DNA of 64,000 nt. Source: Paragordius varius. Its lineage: Eukaryota > Animalia > Nematomorpha. Positions 63,501-64,000 of the stretch are shown here, in pieces (the first letter of the stretch is position 1; each line of letters opens with the position of its first letter). A program made the translations under genes and the position numbers. Location of the stretch: NCBI GenBank assembly GCA_964247055.1, contig OZ176058.1, positions 1,240,001-1,304,000 on the forward strand, in the 5' to 3' direction. The notes beneath the pieces were generated by a model, which saw only the letters and a program-made list of their open reading frames with translations, did no database searches and was not told the DNA's origin.

Positions 63501-64000
63501 CAGATAAACAAGCCAAGCCTAGTTGAAAATCCGACTTATCATTGGGATCCAAATGCTGCGATATGGGAACGGTTACACATCGATATAGCGGGACCAGTTG
63601 ACGGGTATTATTGGTTGTTACTGATTGATAGCTCATCCAAATGGGCGGAAGGGTTCATGTTAAAAAAGGTTAATTCGGTAAACATATTGCATAAACTCGA
63701 GGAAACCTTTGCCAGGTTTGGGTTTCCGAGGACGGTTATTAGTGATAATGCTTCTTATTTTAGTAATTCGTACTTCACATCCACTCTAACAAACTTGGGT
63801 ATTAAACACGTGAGGGTAACCCCCTATCATCCTAAAAGTAATGGGATGGTAGAAAGGTTAGTGGGGACCCTCAAGGGCAAGTATAGAAAAATCAAAAATG
63901 ATAATATTTCACCACAAGAAGCCTTCAATACCACTCTATGGTCATATCGTAATTCAATACATGCGACTACAAAAGAAACCCCGTTTCAACTACTCTTCAA
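60561..64000 (+). mobile_element. Ty3/Gypsy LTR retrotransposon, single gag-pol ORF (Mag-like), truncated by the window edge
   Basis: Read by hand as open from ATG 60561 to 64000 (1146 codons); absent from the ORF track because it has no stop. Two zinc knuckles CNRCGNSHGPNKC and CNKCGKPHHFAKMC; protease YDTGAD; RT IDLKDAYLQ, RMPFG and YLDD; RNase H ETDASD and TDH; integrase HSGH..C..C, HIDIAG, SDNAS and NGMVER, in PR-RT-RH-IN order. Confidence 0.95.

Noticed and set aside
60518-63636. Minus-strand ORFs over the retrotransposon
   Set aside because: Antisense shadows of the open gag-pol frame.

Overview
This is very AT-rich eukaryotic (invertebrate metazoan-type) genomic DNA with GT-AG introns and dense transposon debris; the species cannot be named from the sequence alone. 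Three host genes can be assembled by hand, and most ORF-track entries are artefacts. (1) A minus-strand gene absent from the ORF track has a signal-peptide exon (5624-5726) followed by at least six frame-preserving phase-1 micro-exons of 12-48 nt encoding Gly-rich/GQP modules; it has no stop codon in the window and probably runs off the left edge. (2) A plus-strand orphan type-I membrane protein gene (15797-17922) has one frame break, a deleted pseudogene copy at 11.8 kb, and a hAT insertion with a perfect 8-bp target duplication just upstream of its start. (3) A 13-exon PPP1R16A/B (MYPT3/TIMAP)-type PP1 regulator (32677-57568, 1166 aa predicted) ends in a CCSIQ CaaX motif and carries a ~430-aa Asn-rich insert. 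Mobile DNA includes several MITE families, mariner/Tc1 and hAT relics, an IS630/Tc1 element whose transposase contains an apparent 22-nt intron, a tRNA-derived SINE, a Helitron-like concatemer, a tandem repeat punctuated by hammerhead-ribozyme relics (retrozyme/Penelope-like), and an apparently intact Ty3/Gypsy gag-pol ORF running off the right edge. No rRNA, true tRNA gene or CRISPR array was found. All alignments and family assignments were made by eye and from recalled consensus motifs, not from database searches.
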